From NCBI RefSeq assembly GCF_018977255.1, contig NW_024704742.1, positions 8,558,001 to 8,622,000 of the forward strand: 64,000 nucleotides of DNA, given 5' to 3'. Below, in pieces: positions 39,620 through 52,460 of this stretch. Position numbers and translations under genes: made by a program. The notes under the pieces are model-generated. The model saw nothing but the letters and a program-made list of their open reading frames with translations. It searched no databases and had not been told where the DNA came from. Origin of the DNA: Callorhinchus milii. Lineage: Eukaryota. Each line of letters starts with the position of its first letter. Position 1 is the first letter of the stretch.

Positions 39620-41981
39620 AAGGAGATGGAAGATGGATAGAAAATGGATGAGATACATTGGAAGGGTCAGCGTTAGGACATATAAAAGAAGGGGGCTTGC
39701 TGAACTCAGGGTTACTCTTCGCCTTGTATGTCATTAAGGAAGTACATACCTGACCCAAGAGCTTCGCCTCCAGGTCAGGGTTGTTTTGTCTTTGTAAATT
39801 AACTTTGAATAGAGATGCTGGTGTCACAGTTTAGTGTCAGGCTATTTTCTATTTCTGAATATTGCGACATTTGTCATATTCTGGTTCGTGTAAATTAGGC
39901 ATAGGGTTTAAGGACCAGTAAAACACTGTTGAGTTTTCTATACGGTGCTTCTCGAGTCTCTGTAAAGATCAAGGATGGAGGGAGAGATACAAACAGATTA
40001 TTGTCTGGTAGTGCAAAGGATGTTGATGAAAGCATCCCTTTGTTACACAATAAGGCATTGAGATTACCTGTCATCATGTGCATATTCTCATTAGTGCAGT
40101 TTCACTCAGTGAGGGGAACATAACATTTACACAGCACACTTTTCACGTTGAAAGAACGTCTAAAACGCTCAACACTATTGGTTGGGCACCTGAGCTGGGG
40201 GTGGGAGCCAAGGGAGGTGGGCAGGGAGGGGAAAAGATGATCGAAAGCGTGGTCAAAGAGTTGGGTCTTGACATGGCTTGAAAGAAGGGAGGGAGGGATC
40301 GAGTTGGAGAGAATCTGGGAATGGAACTCCAGAGAGAGGGGGCAAAATAATAATAATAATAAAAATCCTTGCATTTGATATAGCACTTTTCACATTGTCC
40401 AGACATCTTAAAGCGCTTCACAGAGTATACTGCAAAGTGAATTGACTATATATTTGTGCAAAATGCGGCAGCCAATTACACACAGCAGTGTCCCACAAAC
40501 CACATGGATTGAAGTGACCAATTTATTATTTTTTGGCTTGAGGGATTATTATCAGGCGTGTGGAGTAAGGAAACTTGCCCAAAGTTTCGACCTGCCGGCA
40601 ATCGAACCCAAGCCTCTCGCTTGTGAGGCGAGTGTTCCAACCACTGAGGTACAGGCCTCCATGAAAATGGCAATGATGGGGCAGATGGGGTGGGGGGACA
40701 TGAAGAAAGTTGGTGTTTGTTGGGCAAAGGATTGGCTGAGCGGTGAGATGGGGTCAGGGCGGGGGGAGGTGGGGGAAGGATGAAGGACAAAGAGAAGTTT
40801 CTCACTGGGGAAAGAGGGAGTTTTCTCTGAGGGAACTGCACGTCTCTTCACTTGATATCTGACCTCGTTCTCCCCCACACACCCCCCACTCCAATCGTCT
40901 CTCCTCAATTCTCCTCTCTCTGCTCTCTCAGTCTTTAGGTTTCTCTCTCTCCCCCTCTCTATTTCTTTTTCCCTCTCTCCCTCATGATCTCTCTCTCTCT
41001 CTCTATCTCTCTGTCAATCACTCTCTTCTCCTCTCAATCACTTTCTCTGTCCTCTCTCATTTGTGCCCCCTCCCCACTCTCCCCCTCCCTTCTCTCTCCA
41101 CCCTCCCTTCTCTGTCCCCCTCCTCTCTCTCTCCCCCCTCCCCTCTCGCTCGGTTCCCCTCTCTCCTCCCTTCCCCCTCTCTCCCCCTCCCTTTCTCTCT
41201 TCCCCTCCCTCTCTCTCCCCCTCCCCTCGCTACCCTCCCCTCTCTCCTCTCCCCTCCACTCTCTCTCCCCCTCCCCTCGCTAACCCCTCCCCTCTCTCCT
41301 CTCCCCCTTCACTCTCTCCCCTTCCCTCACTATCCCCTCCCCTCTCTCCTTCTCTCCCCACCACTCTCTCTCCCTATTCTCGCTACCCCCTCCACTCTCT
41401 CCTTCTCCCCCACTCTCTCCCCCCACCCCTCCCCTCCCCACATCCACTCTCTCCTAATCTCCCTTCCCCTCTCCACCTCACTAGCACCCCCACTCTTTCT
41501 CTCCGCCCCTCTTCTCTCTCGCTCTGTCCCCTCGCTCCCCCTCCCCAACGTCCTCTCTCTCTCCCCCTCTCCCTCTTTCTCCCCCCTTCTCCCCATCTCT
41601 TCTCTCCTCTCTCTCTCCCCTCTATCCCCTTCCCTCTGTTCCCCTCTATCCCTCTCTCCCCTCTATCCCTCTCTCTCTCTCTCCCTCCCATCTGTATCCC
41701 TTCTCTCTCTCTCCTTCCCCTCTATCCCCCCCCACCCTCTCTCTCCCCTCTCCTCTCTCTAACCCCCTCTCCTCTCTGTCTTCCCTCTATCCTGCCTCCC
41801 CCACTCTCTCCCCTTCTCTCTCTCTCCCCTCCTCTCTCTCCCTCCCTTCTATCCCCACTCCCTCTCTCCCCGCCCCCACCACTCTCCTCTCTCTCTCCCT
41901 CCCCTCTGTCCCCCCTCCCTCTCTCTCTCTGTCACTCAGCTGAGCGACTCTGGCAGCAGAAAATGGCCACTCAGGGGTCAC
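39620..41981 (-). repeat. Inverted duplication, right arm
   Basis: See left arm. Carries ~430 bp extra at ~39922-40345. Confidence 0.95.
40346..40660 (-). mobile_element. tRNA-derived SINE
   Basis: Reverse complement of the full SINE. Confidence 0.9.
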
Positions 41982-42614
41982 ATGACAAATTGCAGAAATG
42001 GGGTATTATTTCCACTCCCTGCGCAAGTTCCTCCCAACCACCAGCTCCTGCCGCTGCCCTGAGAGGACGGTTTGTGGGGAGGGAAGCAGCGAGTGGTCCA
42101 AAGTTGGAAATGGTCTCAGGCCAGATGCCGGCCATGGGCCGCCTATTGGACCACACTGACCTAAAGGAACAAATAATACATAAAAGAACACACAAACACT
42201 CAGGACAAGTGATGTTTGTGAGACAAACGGTGCAGGTAACACAGGGGCTGGAGTGCTGGGAAAAGAATCAGCAGCCATTCTTTAGTAGCTTTCACATGAA
42301 GAGGATGTCTCAAAGTGCTTACCATAACCGACCGGCACACGTGGGTTGGGGGCTGAGCAAAGTGAGACTCCGTACACTAAATCCTCGGCTTCGCCAGACC
42401 AATGTGGGGAGAGATCCAATCCGATGAACTGGAATTTTTTCCTGATAAGCGCAATTACAATGCCTTTATTGGCATTTTTCAATGCCGGTAAATGTCAGTA
42501 ACAACATTTGTTGTATTTGTTTGAGATCTGCAACCAGAAGATAGCGAATAAACTATCTTCTGCTCATGGGATTGAAACTGAATCAAAAGTGGATTTACTT
42601 AAGGCCAGTGAGCA

Positions 42615-43370
42615 CGGGGAGGCGGGAAATGGTAAGCAGGGCTGGGAGAGGTGGGCTGGGGAGGCGGATCTAGGAGAGATGGGATGACGGGAAATAGGGC
42701 TGGGATAGGTGGGCTGGGGGAGATGGGGCGAGTAGAGGTGGGCTAGTGGGAGGCGGGGCTAGGAGAGGTGGGCAAGAAGGCAGGGCTAGGAGAGGTGGGC
42801 TGGCAAGAGGTGGGGCACTAGGAGAGGGTGGCTAGCAGGGGTGGGGCACTAGGAGAAGTGGGCTTGGGAGTTGGGGATTGAAGAAGTGGGTGGGGTTTGA
42901 TAGGGCTAGGAGGGGTACGGTTGGGGGAGGCAAGGCTAGGAGAGGTAGGCTCATGGGAGGTGGAGCTAGGAGAGGGAGGCTGGGGCTCCAGGAGAAGTGA
43001 GCTGGTGGGAGGCTGGGTCTAGTACAGGTGGGCTGGGGAGGCGGGGCTAGGAGAGGTGGGCTGGGGAGGCGGGGCTAGGAGAGGTGGGCTGGGGAGGTGG
43101 GGCTAGGAGAGGTGGGCTGGGGAGGCGGGGCTAGGAGAGGTGGGCTGGGGAGGCGGGGCTAGGAGAGGTGGGCTGGGGAGGCAGGGCTCGGAGAGGTGGG
43201 CTGGGGAGGCGGGGCTAGGAGAGGTGGGCTGGGGAGGCGGGGCTAGGAGAGGTGGGCTGGGGAGGCGGAGCTCGGAGAGGTGGGCTGGGGAGGTGGGGCT
43301 AGGAGAGGTGGGCTGGGGAGGTGGGGCTAGGAGAGGTGAGCTGCAGGGACAGGGCTCGGAGAGGTGGGCT
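42615..43370. repeat. G-rich 30-bp minisatellite (gagaggtgggctggggaggcggggctag)
   Basis: Homogeneous units at 43030-43370, degenerate units upstream. Confidence 0.95.
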
Positions 43371-44249
43371 TTCACTGGAGCTGAGAGGGTTGAGAGGAGC
43401 TGATATAGGTGAACGCAATGGTGAGGGTTTGACAGGGTCAAGAGGGAGAAACTATTCCCATGAGCAGAGGGTCAATGACTGGAGGCTGTAGATATAAGAT
43501 ACTGTAGTTATAAAAACAGTGATGATGAGAGCAGTGGGATTGATTGAACACTTTTCTCTGAGAGTCAGTGTAGACTCCTGTGCTAAGTTTGCTTTCTATG
43601 TTTTGTGCCATGTGATCGTTAACATCACCTGAACAGGCAGACAGGGCATTGGTTTAAAGGATGGAACCTCAAACAGAGTGTCAGCCTAAACTCTTAAAGT
43701 CCTGAGCTCAAGGCTTGACCTCACACCTTTCTGATTCAGAAGCAAGAGAGCTGCCAAGCAAATTAGGTTGGCATCTGTACTGTTGGCAGGAGAGGTGGGG
43801 AGTCTGTCCAGCAGGGCAATGGAATAATCAGCCTGGGCATGATGGAGGACATGACAGTGTCAAAGCTGCAGAGAGGACAAAGAAAACAAGGGGGCGAAGA
43901 CATGTCTGATTGGAAATGGAGAGAATGTAGTTGGCAACGTTTACCAGCGCAGACTCGGTTGACAGGGCAGAATCTGGATTCGAGGGACTAAAGGAAGGAG
44001 GGATGGGAAAGGAAGGAGTGAAGCTGTGCGGGAACAACTGAATCCAACACCTTGGAGTTCAGGGGCAGTTTGGAGATGGGTCAGTAGCTGGAGAGCAAGG
44101 AGGGATATTGAGATGTGGGGTGGGGGTGGGTGATTAGGGTGATGACTATTGCTTTGAAAGCGGAGGGGGCACTGTACCAGTGTAGAAGGAAAGGTTGATA
44201 ACAAAATAATTAGCTACTTTAAAGCTGCTGACCAGTCGAAATTGTATGC

Positions 44250-47200
44250 TTTTGTTGGAGTCCTATATAAAGGAGAAGACTTGCAAGAGCGTCACTTGAG
44301 CAGAGATCCCAGCAGCATGAGGAGGGAACTGAGTGAGATGGAACAGAATGAGAATTCTGTTAAGAAACTTGGTGAGAATGGGAATTCGATGTAGATGGGC
44401 AAAGAGGTGCATAATTACAAAATATGTAAGTTAAATTAAAATAATATAAAAAAATGTCAGGGCCGCTGAGACAGGTTGCATGCACAATGTATGCCGTGTG
44501 GGGACTCCAGGATGCTTTGTGTGGCCTGGACAAGCACATGTATAGGAAGTGTCTTCGGCTGGAGTTTCTGAGCTCAAGGAAAGGCTGGTGTCATTACAAA
44601 GCATACGGGAGGTGATGAGTTCATGGATTGAACATTTCAAGAGGTGGTCACCCCACAGCCACAGAGGGTTCAGATGGAGAGTGGGTGGTTGACCACCTGG
44701 CATGATAGGATGAGGGAACGGACCATGCAGAAATCCCCTGACAGTGTGGCATTCACAAACTGATTCTCTGTACTGAATACCGGTCAGGGTGATGATAGCT
44801 CTAGGGAGGGGAGTCAAAAGCAATTGGATGCACAGGGGGACACAGGGAAAAGTGTCAATGCAATTGTCATTGGGATGAAAGGAGTAAACAGGCATTTCTG
44901 CAACCAAGACGTGACTCTCGCATGGTGTGTTGCCTTCCTGGTGTTAGGGTTGAAGACATCATGGAATGGGTGGAAAATGTCTACAGGGGGAAGGGGAACA
45001 TCCAGAGGTTGTGGTCGATGTTGGGATCCATGACGTAGGGAAAAAAAGGGATGAGATCCTACAAGGAGAGTGTCAGAAGCTAGAGAAAAAGCTAAAGAAT
45101 AGGACCTCAAAGGTGGTGATCTCTGGATTACTCCCAGTGCCTCGTGCAAGTGAGTATCAAAACAGCAGGATGAAACACATGAATGCATTGGTGGAGAAAT
45201 GGTGCAGAAAGGAGAGCTTCAGGGTTCCTGAATCATTGGTACCAGCTCTGAGACAGTTTGGACCAGTACAAGGTGTATGGGTTACACCTGAACAGGGACC
45301 AACGTCTTCGCAGGGAGGTTAACTATGCTGTGGAGAAGGTTTTAAAATAATTTTGAGGGGGGAAGGGAATCAGGATGTAGCATTAGAGACAACAAACAAA
45401 TTACATAGAGGGCTGGGAGAGAAGAATAACAATGTAATAAGGAATAATGTAGAAAAAGGAGGGATTAGATGAGAGAGAAATGCAGAACAAACTAAAACGA
45501 TCTTGGAGTGCATGTGCATAAATGCACAGAGTGTGTTGAATAAGGTTGGTGAGCTGCAGGCTCAAGTTTCCACGTGGGGTTATGATGTATGGCAATAAAG
45601 GAGACCTGGCTCAAACAAGGGCAGGAATGGGAGCTGAATATTCCTGGTTACAATGTATTCAGGAGGGATAGTGAAGGACAAAAAACGAGGGGGGGGGGGC
45701 GTGGCAATATTGATTAAAGACACGGTTACTGACCTGGAAAAGACGATGTGCTAGAGTGTCCAAAAACAGAATCTATTTGGTTAGAGTTAAGGAGCAGAAA
45801 AGGATCTGTTACTCTGTTAGGTGTATAGTATAGACCACCAAATAATGGGAAGGAGATAAATGAGCAAATCTGCAAGCAGGCTTCAGAAAGATGCAAAACC
45901 AATAGAATGTTAATAATGGGGGACTTCAATTATCCTAATATACACTGGTAAAATAACAGTGCAAGGAGGGGAAAGGATGTGCAGGATAACTTTCTGGATC
46001 AATGTGTTTCCAGCCCAACGAGGAAGGAAGCAGTGCTGGATTTAGTTCTGGGGAGTGAAGTGGGGCAAGTGGAGCAGGTTTTAGTAGGAGAGCATTGAGT
46101 TCAAGATACTTGTCTTCACCTTGGCCTTGCCATCTCCTACCTCTCTGACCTGCTGATTCCCTACCAACCTGCCCGCTCCCTCCGTTCATCAGGCTCCGGC
46201 CTGCTCCATGTCTCCCACCCAACCCGCCCTACCATCGGAGGCTGGGGTTTCAACCTCTCTGCCCCACACTCTGGAACTCCATCCCACGGTCCCCTCACCT
46301 CGCTTCTTCTCTTGTCTCCTTCAAGGCCGGTCTCAAGACCCTTATCTTCGACCGTGCCTTTGGTCTGCCTCTCACCTCTATGCCTTCCCTCACGCCTACA
46401 CCACCCCACCCCATGCTCGGGCCCCGACACCTGACTGTTCAGCACTTTGGGACATCCTTCCGACGTGAAAGGAGCTCTATAAGTGTGATTTTGTTGTTGT
46501 TGACAACAGCAATCACAACATCATTAGGTTTAGTGTACTTATGAAAATGGACAAGGAGCATCAAAGGTGAAGATACTCAACTGGAAGAGGGATAATTTCA
46601 GTGAGTTAAAAAGGGACGTAGCCAAGGTGGACTGAAAGAAAGATTGGCAGGTAAAACAGCTAACGAGCAATGGGAAGTCTTCAAGGAGGAGATAGTTTGG
46701 GGACAGAAATAATAATTTCCACAAAGGGGAAAGATAGAGCATCCAAACCTCCCTGGATAAATAAGGAAATTGGGATTAAAAATTGGGAATAAACAGAAAA
46801 AGGTCCAAAATACAGAAGATCATCAAATAGAATATAGAAAGTATGGAAGAGAACTGAAAAAGGAAATAAGAGGGGCAAAGAGATTGTCGGTGCTCAAGGT
46901 AGATAAGTAAACCGGTCTGGACTGGATGCACCCTAGATTACTGAGGGTGTAAGGGTGGAAATAATGAAGGCTCTGGCCACATTTTTTTAATCCTCCTCGG
47001 ACATCGGGGTGGTGCCAGTGTACTGGAGCATTGCAAATGTTACTCCCCTGTACACAAAGTGCCAGAAGGATAAACCTGGGAACTGCAGGCCAGTCAGCCT
47101 AACTACGGTAGTGGGGAAACTTCTAGAGACTGTAATCCTGGACAAAATAAATTCTCACTTAGAAAAATATGGGTTAATAAAGGACAGCCAACTCGGATTT

Positions 47201-48135
47201 GTTAAAGACAAATCATGTCTAACAAACCTGATGATACTAAGCTAGGAAAAGTAGTAAACAGTGAGGACGATAGTAGCAAACTGCAAATGGACATTGATAG
47301 ACTGGTAACATGGGCAGACATGTGGCAGATGAAGTTTAATGTGGGGAAATACAAAGTGATGCATTTTGGGTCAAAGAATGAGGAGAGGCGATATAAACTG
47401 ATGGTACAATCTGAAAGGAATTGAAGGAACAGAGAGACTTATGTGGGTTGCCATCTAAGTAAAGCTTTAAAGGTAACAGGACAGGTTGATGAAGCTGTTA
47501 AAGTAGCGTATGGGATACTAGGCTTCATGAATAGGGGCATAGAATACAAAAGTCAGGAATTTATGATGAACCTTTATAAAACACTAGTTAAGTCTCAGCT
47601 AGAGTACGGTTTTCAGTTCTGGGCACCACACTTCAGGAAGGATGTCAAGGCATTGGAGATTGACCAGGATGGTACCAGGAAGTGGGACTTCAGTTATCAG
47701 GAGAGGATAGAGAAGCCGGGATTATTCTCCTTGGAGCAGAGAAGGTTAAGAGGAGACTTAATAGAAGTTTTCAAAATTATGAGGGGATTCGATAGGGTGA
47801 ACAAGGAGAAACTATTTCCACTGGCGGGTGGGTCGATAACCCCAGGACACCGATTTAAAATAGTTTTAAAAGAAACAGAGGGGAGTGGAGGTGAGGAGAA
47901 AGTTTTTCACGCAGCAAGTTGTTCGGATCTGGAATATTTTGCCTGAAAGGGTGGTGAAAGCTGTTTTCGATAACAACTTTTAAGAGAGAAATAGACAATT
48001 ATTTTGGGAGGACAGTTTGCAAGGCTATAGGGAGAGCGCGGGGAGTGGGATTGATTTGCATAGTTCTTTTTAAAGAGCCGACACAGACACGATGGGCCGA
48101 AAGACCTCTTTCTGTGCTGTATAATTGTGTGATTC
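44250..48135 (+). mobile_element. Near full-length decayed CR1 LINE (ORF1 esterase-like, EN, RT, 3' UTR) interrupted by an L2 piece at ~46085-46500
   Basis: KLKNRTSKVVISGLLPVPRAS; NAQSV.NKVGELQ; NVTPLY.K..KDKPGNCRPVSLT; LEYGFQFWAPHFRKD; RRLRGDLIEVFKI. Confidence 0.9.
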
Positions 48136-48232
48136 TAGGTCCTGAATTAGTCTGTTCCTTAATGAACAACTAGGCCGCAATGTTAGAATAAAATTAGATA
48201 ATTTCATATGTGAATTAGTTACAGAAATACTC

Positions 48233-48253
48233 AAAGTGAAAGTGAAAGAAAGT
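48233..48253 (+). promoter_or_regulatory. IRF-E/ISRE element upstream of APOL-like copy 4
   Basis: AAAGTGAAAGTGAAAGAAAGT (tandem GAAAGT repeats) ~75 bp upstream of a CAG|gtaaat donor at 48330. The intron after that donor resembles the one following the donor at 31770 in copy 2. Confidence 0.65.
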
Positions 48254-48284
48254 TGTGTTGTAAATTTGCGCACACCTTTATGCA

Positions 48285-48329
48285 TGTCATGTTCAGCCGG
48301 TCAGTCACACAGGTCACCCAGGCTACCAG
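48285..48329 (+). other. Putative non-coding first exon of copy 4 (start approximate)
   Basis: CAG|gtaaat donor. Downstream motif tgatgttgagga.cag.gagatc.ta is shared with 31857-31883. Confidence 0.4.
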
Positions 48330-49289
48330 GTAAATGGGTTGTTTGTTGCTGAACTATCAATGTTAACAATTTGTATTGTCTCAGCACCTAGTGCTGTAAC
48401 CAGGAGTAACTTTTACTGATGTTGAGGAACAGAGAGATCGTAAGGATATGTAGGTTAAAGGTTTAAAAGAGAATAAAAAGACAAATTAAGTTGTGCTTTG
48501 TAGTTATTGACTGTAAAGCAGAAAGTGCTTACTTCATTAGTTAGAATAGTGTATGTATTATCACAGCCACAGAGAGGCTATGGACGGCATTGATTCTCAA
48601 GGGGAATGAATATCAGAGTGGAGGTTTATATGGAGTATAAACACCAGGCTATGGACTGAATGGGCAGTGTCTGTGCTGTAATGCTCTATGTAATTCTATG
48701 AGCAGCCGTGGTTTCAGGAGAGGCTCAACAAATTGGGGTTGTTTTTGGTGAGACAGAGAAAAGATGCGATAGAGGACTTAACAGAGGATAGAGGAATTTC
48801 CTCTCCCCATGGATGCTGCCTGACCAGCTGTGTGTTTTCAGCCACTTCTGTGTTTATACCAGATTTCCAGCATCGACAGTACTTTGCCTTTTGTTTGGAG
48901 GATTTAACATTCTGAAACAGATTGTGAGGTTAAACAGTAACAGATTATTGCTGATCAGTGCACAGTGATACGTGTGATGTGTGGTTGAGGCCTGTGTTCT
49001 GTTACTATTATGGATATAGGGTTTGGTTACAGATTATCAAACCCCCTCAGAAACCATTTTACACTTCATTTGACTTTGTCTGACTGTGTCTAAAAATGGC
49101 TGCTCTTCAGCCCTTCAGGGTGTGTTGACTTCCTGTAGTGAATAATCATCAACATCAACCTGACTCGTCCAACCAGACAATAGAAAACCTGTTCATATAA
49201 CAGAAAAACTGGAATGGACAATAGAAAATTGAAGTTGCATCCATCAATGTCATCAGGCTCCATTGTCTCTCTGTCGCCCAATGTACAAA

Positions 49290-49960
49290 TCCCGGTGTGG
49301 CCGCACTCCGCCTTAACTATCTGGATCTCTATTCAGCCACTACATCCCAAAACTCTGGACTACACTCCCTCAATCCCTCCGCCTTGCCTCCTCTCTCCCC
49401 TTTTTCAAGTCTTGCCTGAAAACGTTCCTTTTCAACCATGCATAAGGTTACCTCCCCCACTGCCCCCCAACCTGCATTGAACTGTTGGAAATTTCCCCTC
49501 ATCCACGACTTCATGTCCGACAGACAGTCTGTCAGGACAGCGGTGGTCCTGGAGTTGAGGGTGGAGAAAGATAGAGTTGGGTGTCATCTGCATACATATG
49601 GAAGTTGACCCCATGTCTGCGGATGATGTCACCAAGGGGGAGCATGTAGATGTTAAAGAGGAGAGGGCCAAGGACAGAGCCCTGGGGGACGCCAGATGTG
49701 ACGGTGCGGGGGCTGGAGGAGAAACCGTTAGAGGCAAAAAAGTGGAGACGGTGAGAGAGATTGGAATCAAACCAGGCAAGGGCAGGTTCGCGAAGATTAA
49801 GTAAAGAGGAGAGGCGGTGTATGAGGATAGAGTGGTCAACAGTGTCGAAGGCAGCAGAGAGGTCGAGGAGGACAAGGAGGCAGAGGGAGCCCTGATCACA
49901 GATGTTCAGAATGTCACTAGTGACTTTGACCAGGGCTGTTTCTGTGGTATGGGCAGTGTG
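49290..49960 (-). mobile_element. L2 LINE RT fragment
   Basis: [41 protein letters not shown]. Confidence 0.9.
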
Positions 49961-50256
49961 GAAGTGTGGATTGAAAGGGGGGAAAGGTATGTGAAAACCT
50001 TCAGAATTACTGGAAATCTCCTGTAAGCAGGGTGGCTCCCTCCAGGGAGTGTGCACTTTCCATTCCAATTTACAAGAATTTTCATATATAGCTAGAATTT
50101 GGTAGATCGGGTTTTAAGGTTTATGGGGCAAGGGTGGATAATTGGACTGGAGGAACAGATCAGCCATGATCTTATAGAATGGCAGAATGGGCTTGAGGGA
50201 CTGAATGAATAGAGATGCACTCCTGTAATATTGATTTCCTTTACCTCTTCAGAAAC

Positions 50257-50341
50257 ATGATCGTTGAGGTTACAGGATCCTGGTCTAATCTCATCGTTCT
50301 CTTCCTCTTAGTCCTTCTGGCAGCATGGTTTCTCATGTCAG
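50257..50341 (+). CDS. APOL: APOL-like copy 4, start exon encoding a hydrophobic leader (MIVEVTGSWSNLIVLFLLVLLAAWFLMS, phase 1)
   Basis: Polypyrimidine tract, ttcag|AAACATGATC...ATGTCAG|gtaagg. Both ends resemble the start exons of copies 1 and 2 (ttcagaaacat; CTGGCAG..TTCTCA..CAG|gta). Phase is compatible with the micro-exon at 53391. Confidence 0.6.
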
Positions 50342-51119
50342 GTAAGGTTTCACGATGATTTCCAGTTTATGAAAACTGCTGAGGGATGTTCAAATACAGA
50401 CAAACTGCAGCAATGACTGGATTGTGCAGAAGCCACGAACACCTATCGTAATCCCATTCATACACTGCCCGGAGTAGGATCCCTATCCCTTTCCATCAGC
50501 TTTGAACACCCAATGAACAGGGTCAGCAGCTCAGTGAAGACCTGAGTCATGGCTTCCTCCTCTATTGAAGGTGTCAGATCTCATTTCTTCATCCGGTGTC
50601 TTGAAGATATGGACTGGCAAAGCTGACACTGTAAGAATTCTCAGCCCTTTTATCCAATCACACATGTTTTTTTCCCCCATATTGGGGTCCATTCCTCATT
50701 CAGTCACTGACCTGTGGTGCCTGTCTTAGCCCAGTGTTCATGGATAGTAAAATTCCACGGAACTATTTGAAAAGAAAAGTGAGTTTCTCCTGGTGTCCTC
50801 ACTAACAATCCCCCAAATAAAATGAGTCATTCACTTCACGGCTGTTCGTGGCATTGCTGTGCACAAATTGACTGCTGCATTCACCCACAAAATACACAGC
50901 AACTCTGATTTACCTTATATCCTTTAAAGCACTTTGAGACATTCTCCAAATGTGAAAGGTGTTAAATCAAATGCAAGGATTTTTGTTAGTATGCTCTATG
51001 TTGGACAACTTGTCGCTCAGCCTTACTGTTTGATAGAGCATCTGTGAATGTTGTGTTGTGGACAGTATTTCTGTACCACAAACTGAGGAATTCTGATTGT
51101 TTCTTTCCATACTTGAACA

Positions 51120-52460
51120 GTTAGGAATATTGGAACACCTCCACAACTCCCTCTCCACCTCTCTTGATGCCCTTGTCCCCCTCATTTCCTGAACTATCTC
51201 CTACTCACGCAAGTCCCCCGGTACACCAGCCACCTCCACTCCCTCAAGGCACAGGTGCGTGCTGACAAGGTGACTTGGACCAAACACAATGCAATGGTCC
51301 ATTGGCAGATCTGGCTGGACCACATCAAAGCCTACCATTCTGCCCTTGCCTCAGCTAAATCGTTCTCATATTCCAAGATAATCTTTGAGGCCAACAGTCT
51401 CAGGCTCCTCTTCTTCACCACCCTTTCATGATTCACCCATCCTATCCTCCAATGCCAACTGCAAGGAGATGCTGGACTTCCTCAAAACCAAATTTAAGGG
51501 GATCCGCTCAGCTGCTTCTGCCCTTACAATTACTACTCCCTCCATATCCCCCTCACACCCTGGGGCCCTACCCATCCTTCCCTCCACACCTTCGAACCTG
51601 TCTCCCCCTCCTCTCCCACATTATGACCAAAATGAAACACACCACCTGCTTCCTTTGGCTACCTATGACCAAGACTCCCTCTGTCTTCTCTTTCTCCTTG
51701 ACTTCTCTGCTGCCTTTGACATGCAAAGTGCTCTGTGAAGCACTTTGAGATGTCTCGAAGACGTGATAAGGTGCTATATCAAATTCAACGATTATTATTA
51801 TTGTTGACCATTCTATCCTCCTCCCCCGCCTCTCCTTTGGTAAATTTTCATGATCCTGTCCTTGCCTGATTCAAATCTTATCTTTCCCACAATTTCTACT
51901 TTGTGTCCATGAACGGCTTCTCCTCCAGCCCCCACATCCATGTCCCTCTGGGCTCTGCCTTTGGTCCTCTCCCCTTCAATATCTACACGCTCCCTCTTGG
52001 TGTCGTTATCCGCAGACATGGGGTCAACTTCCACATATCTCTGCCTCCACCCTCGACTCCAGGACCACTGCTGTCCTGATGGATGGTCTGTCAGACATCG
52101 AGTTCTGGATGAGAGCTAAATTTTCTCCAATTGACTGTCAACAAGACCAAGGCCCTCCTGATTGGCTCCTATCAGTGCCTTTTCACCTCAGGCACTGACA
52201 GCATCACTTTCCAAGGATGCCACACCACCTCACTGAGTCAGTCCAGGACCTTGGCATCTTGTTTGACCCTCAACTATTCTTTATTCCTCACATCCGTGCC
52301 ATGACCCATTCTGCCTTTCCGTAACATTGCCCTGGTGTCTCTCCCCTCAGGCTGCTAAGACCCTTGTCTATACATTCATCACATCCAAGTTCGATTATAA
52401 TGCTTCTTGTTGCTTGTCAGCTCCCCAGCTCTTCCCTCTACAAGCTGTATATTATTCAGA
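51120..52460 (+). mobile_element. Decayed L2 LINE fragment
   Basis: DQDSLCLLFLLDFSAAFD; homologous to 54600-55660. Confidence 0.75.

Noticed and set aside
41061..42427. Longest ORFs (454 aa Pro/Ser/Leu-rich and its mirror frames, also 22314-23087)
   Set aside because: Translations of CT/GA low-complexity tracts that lack stop codons; no coding signal.
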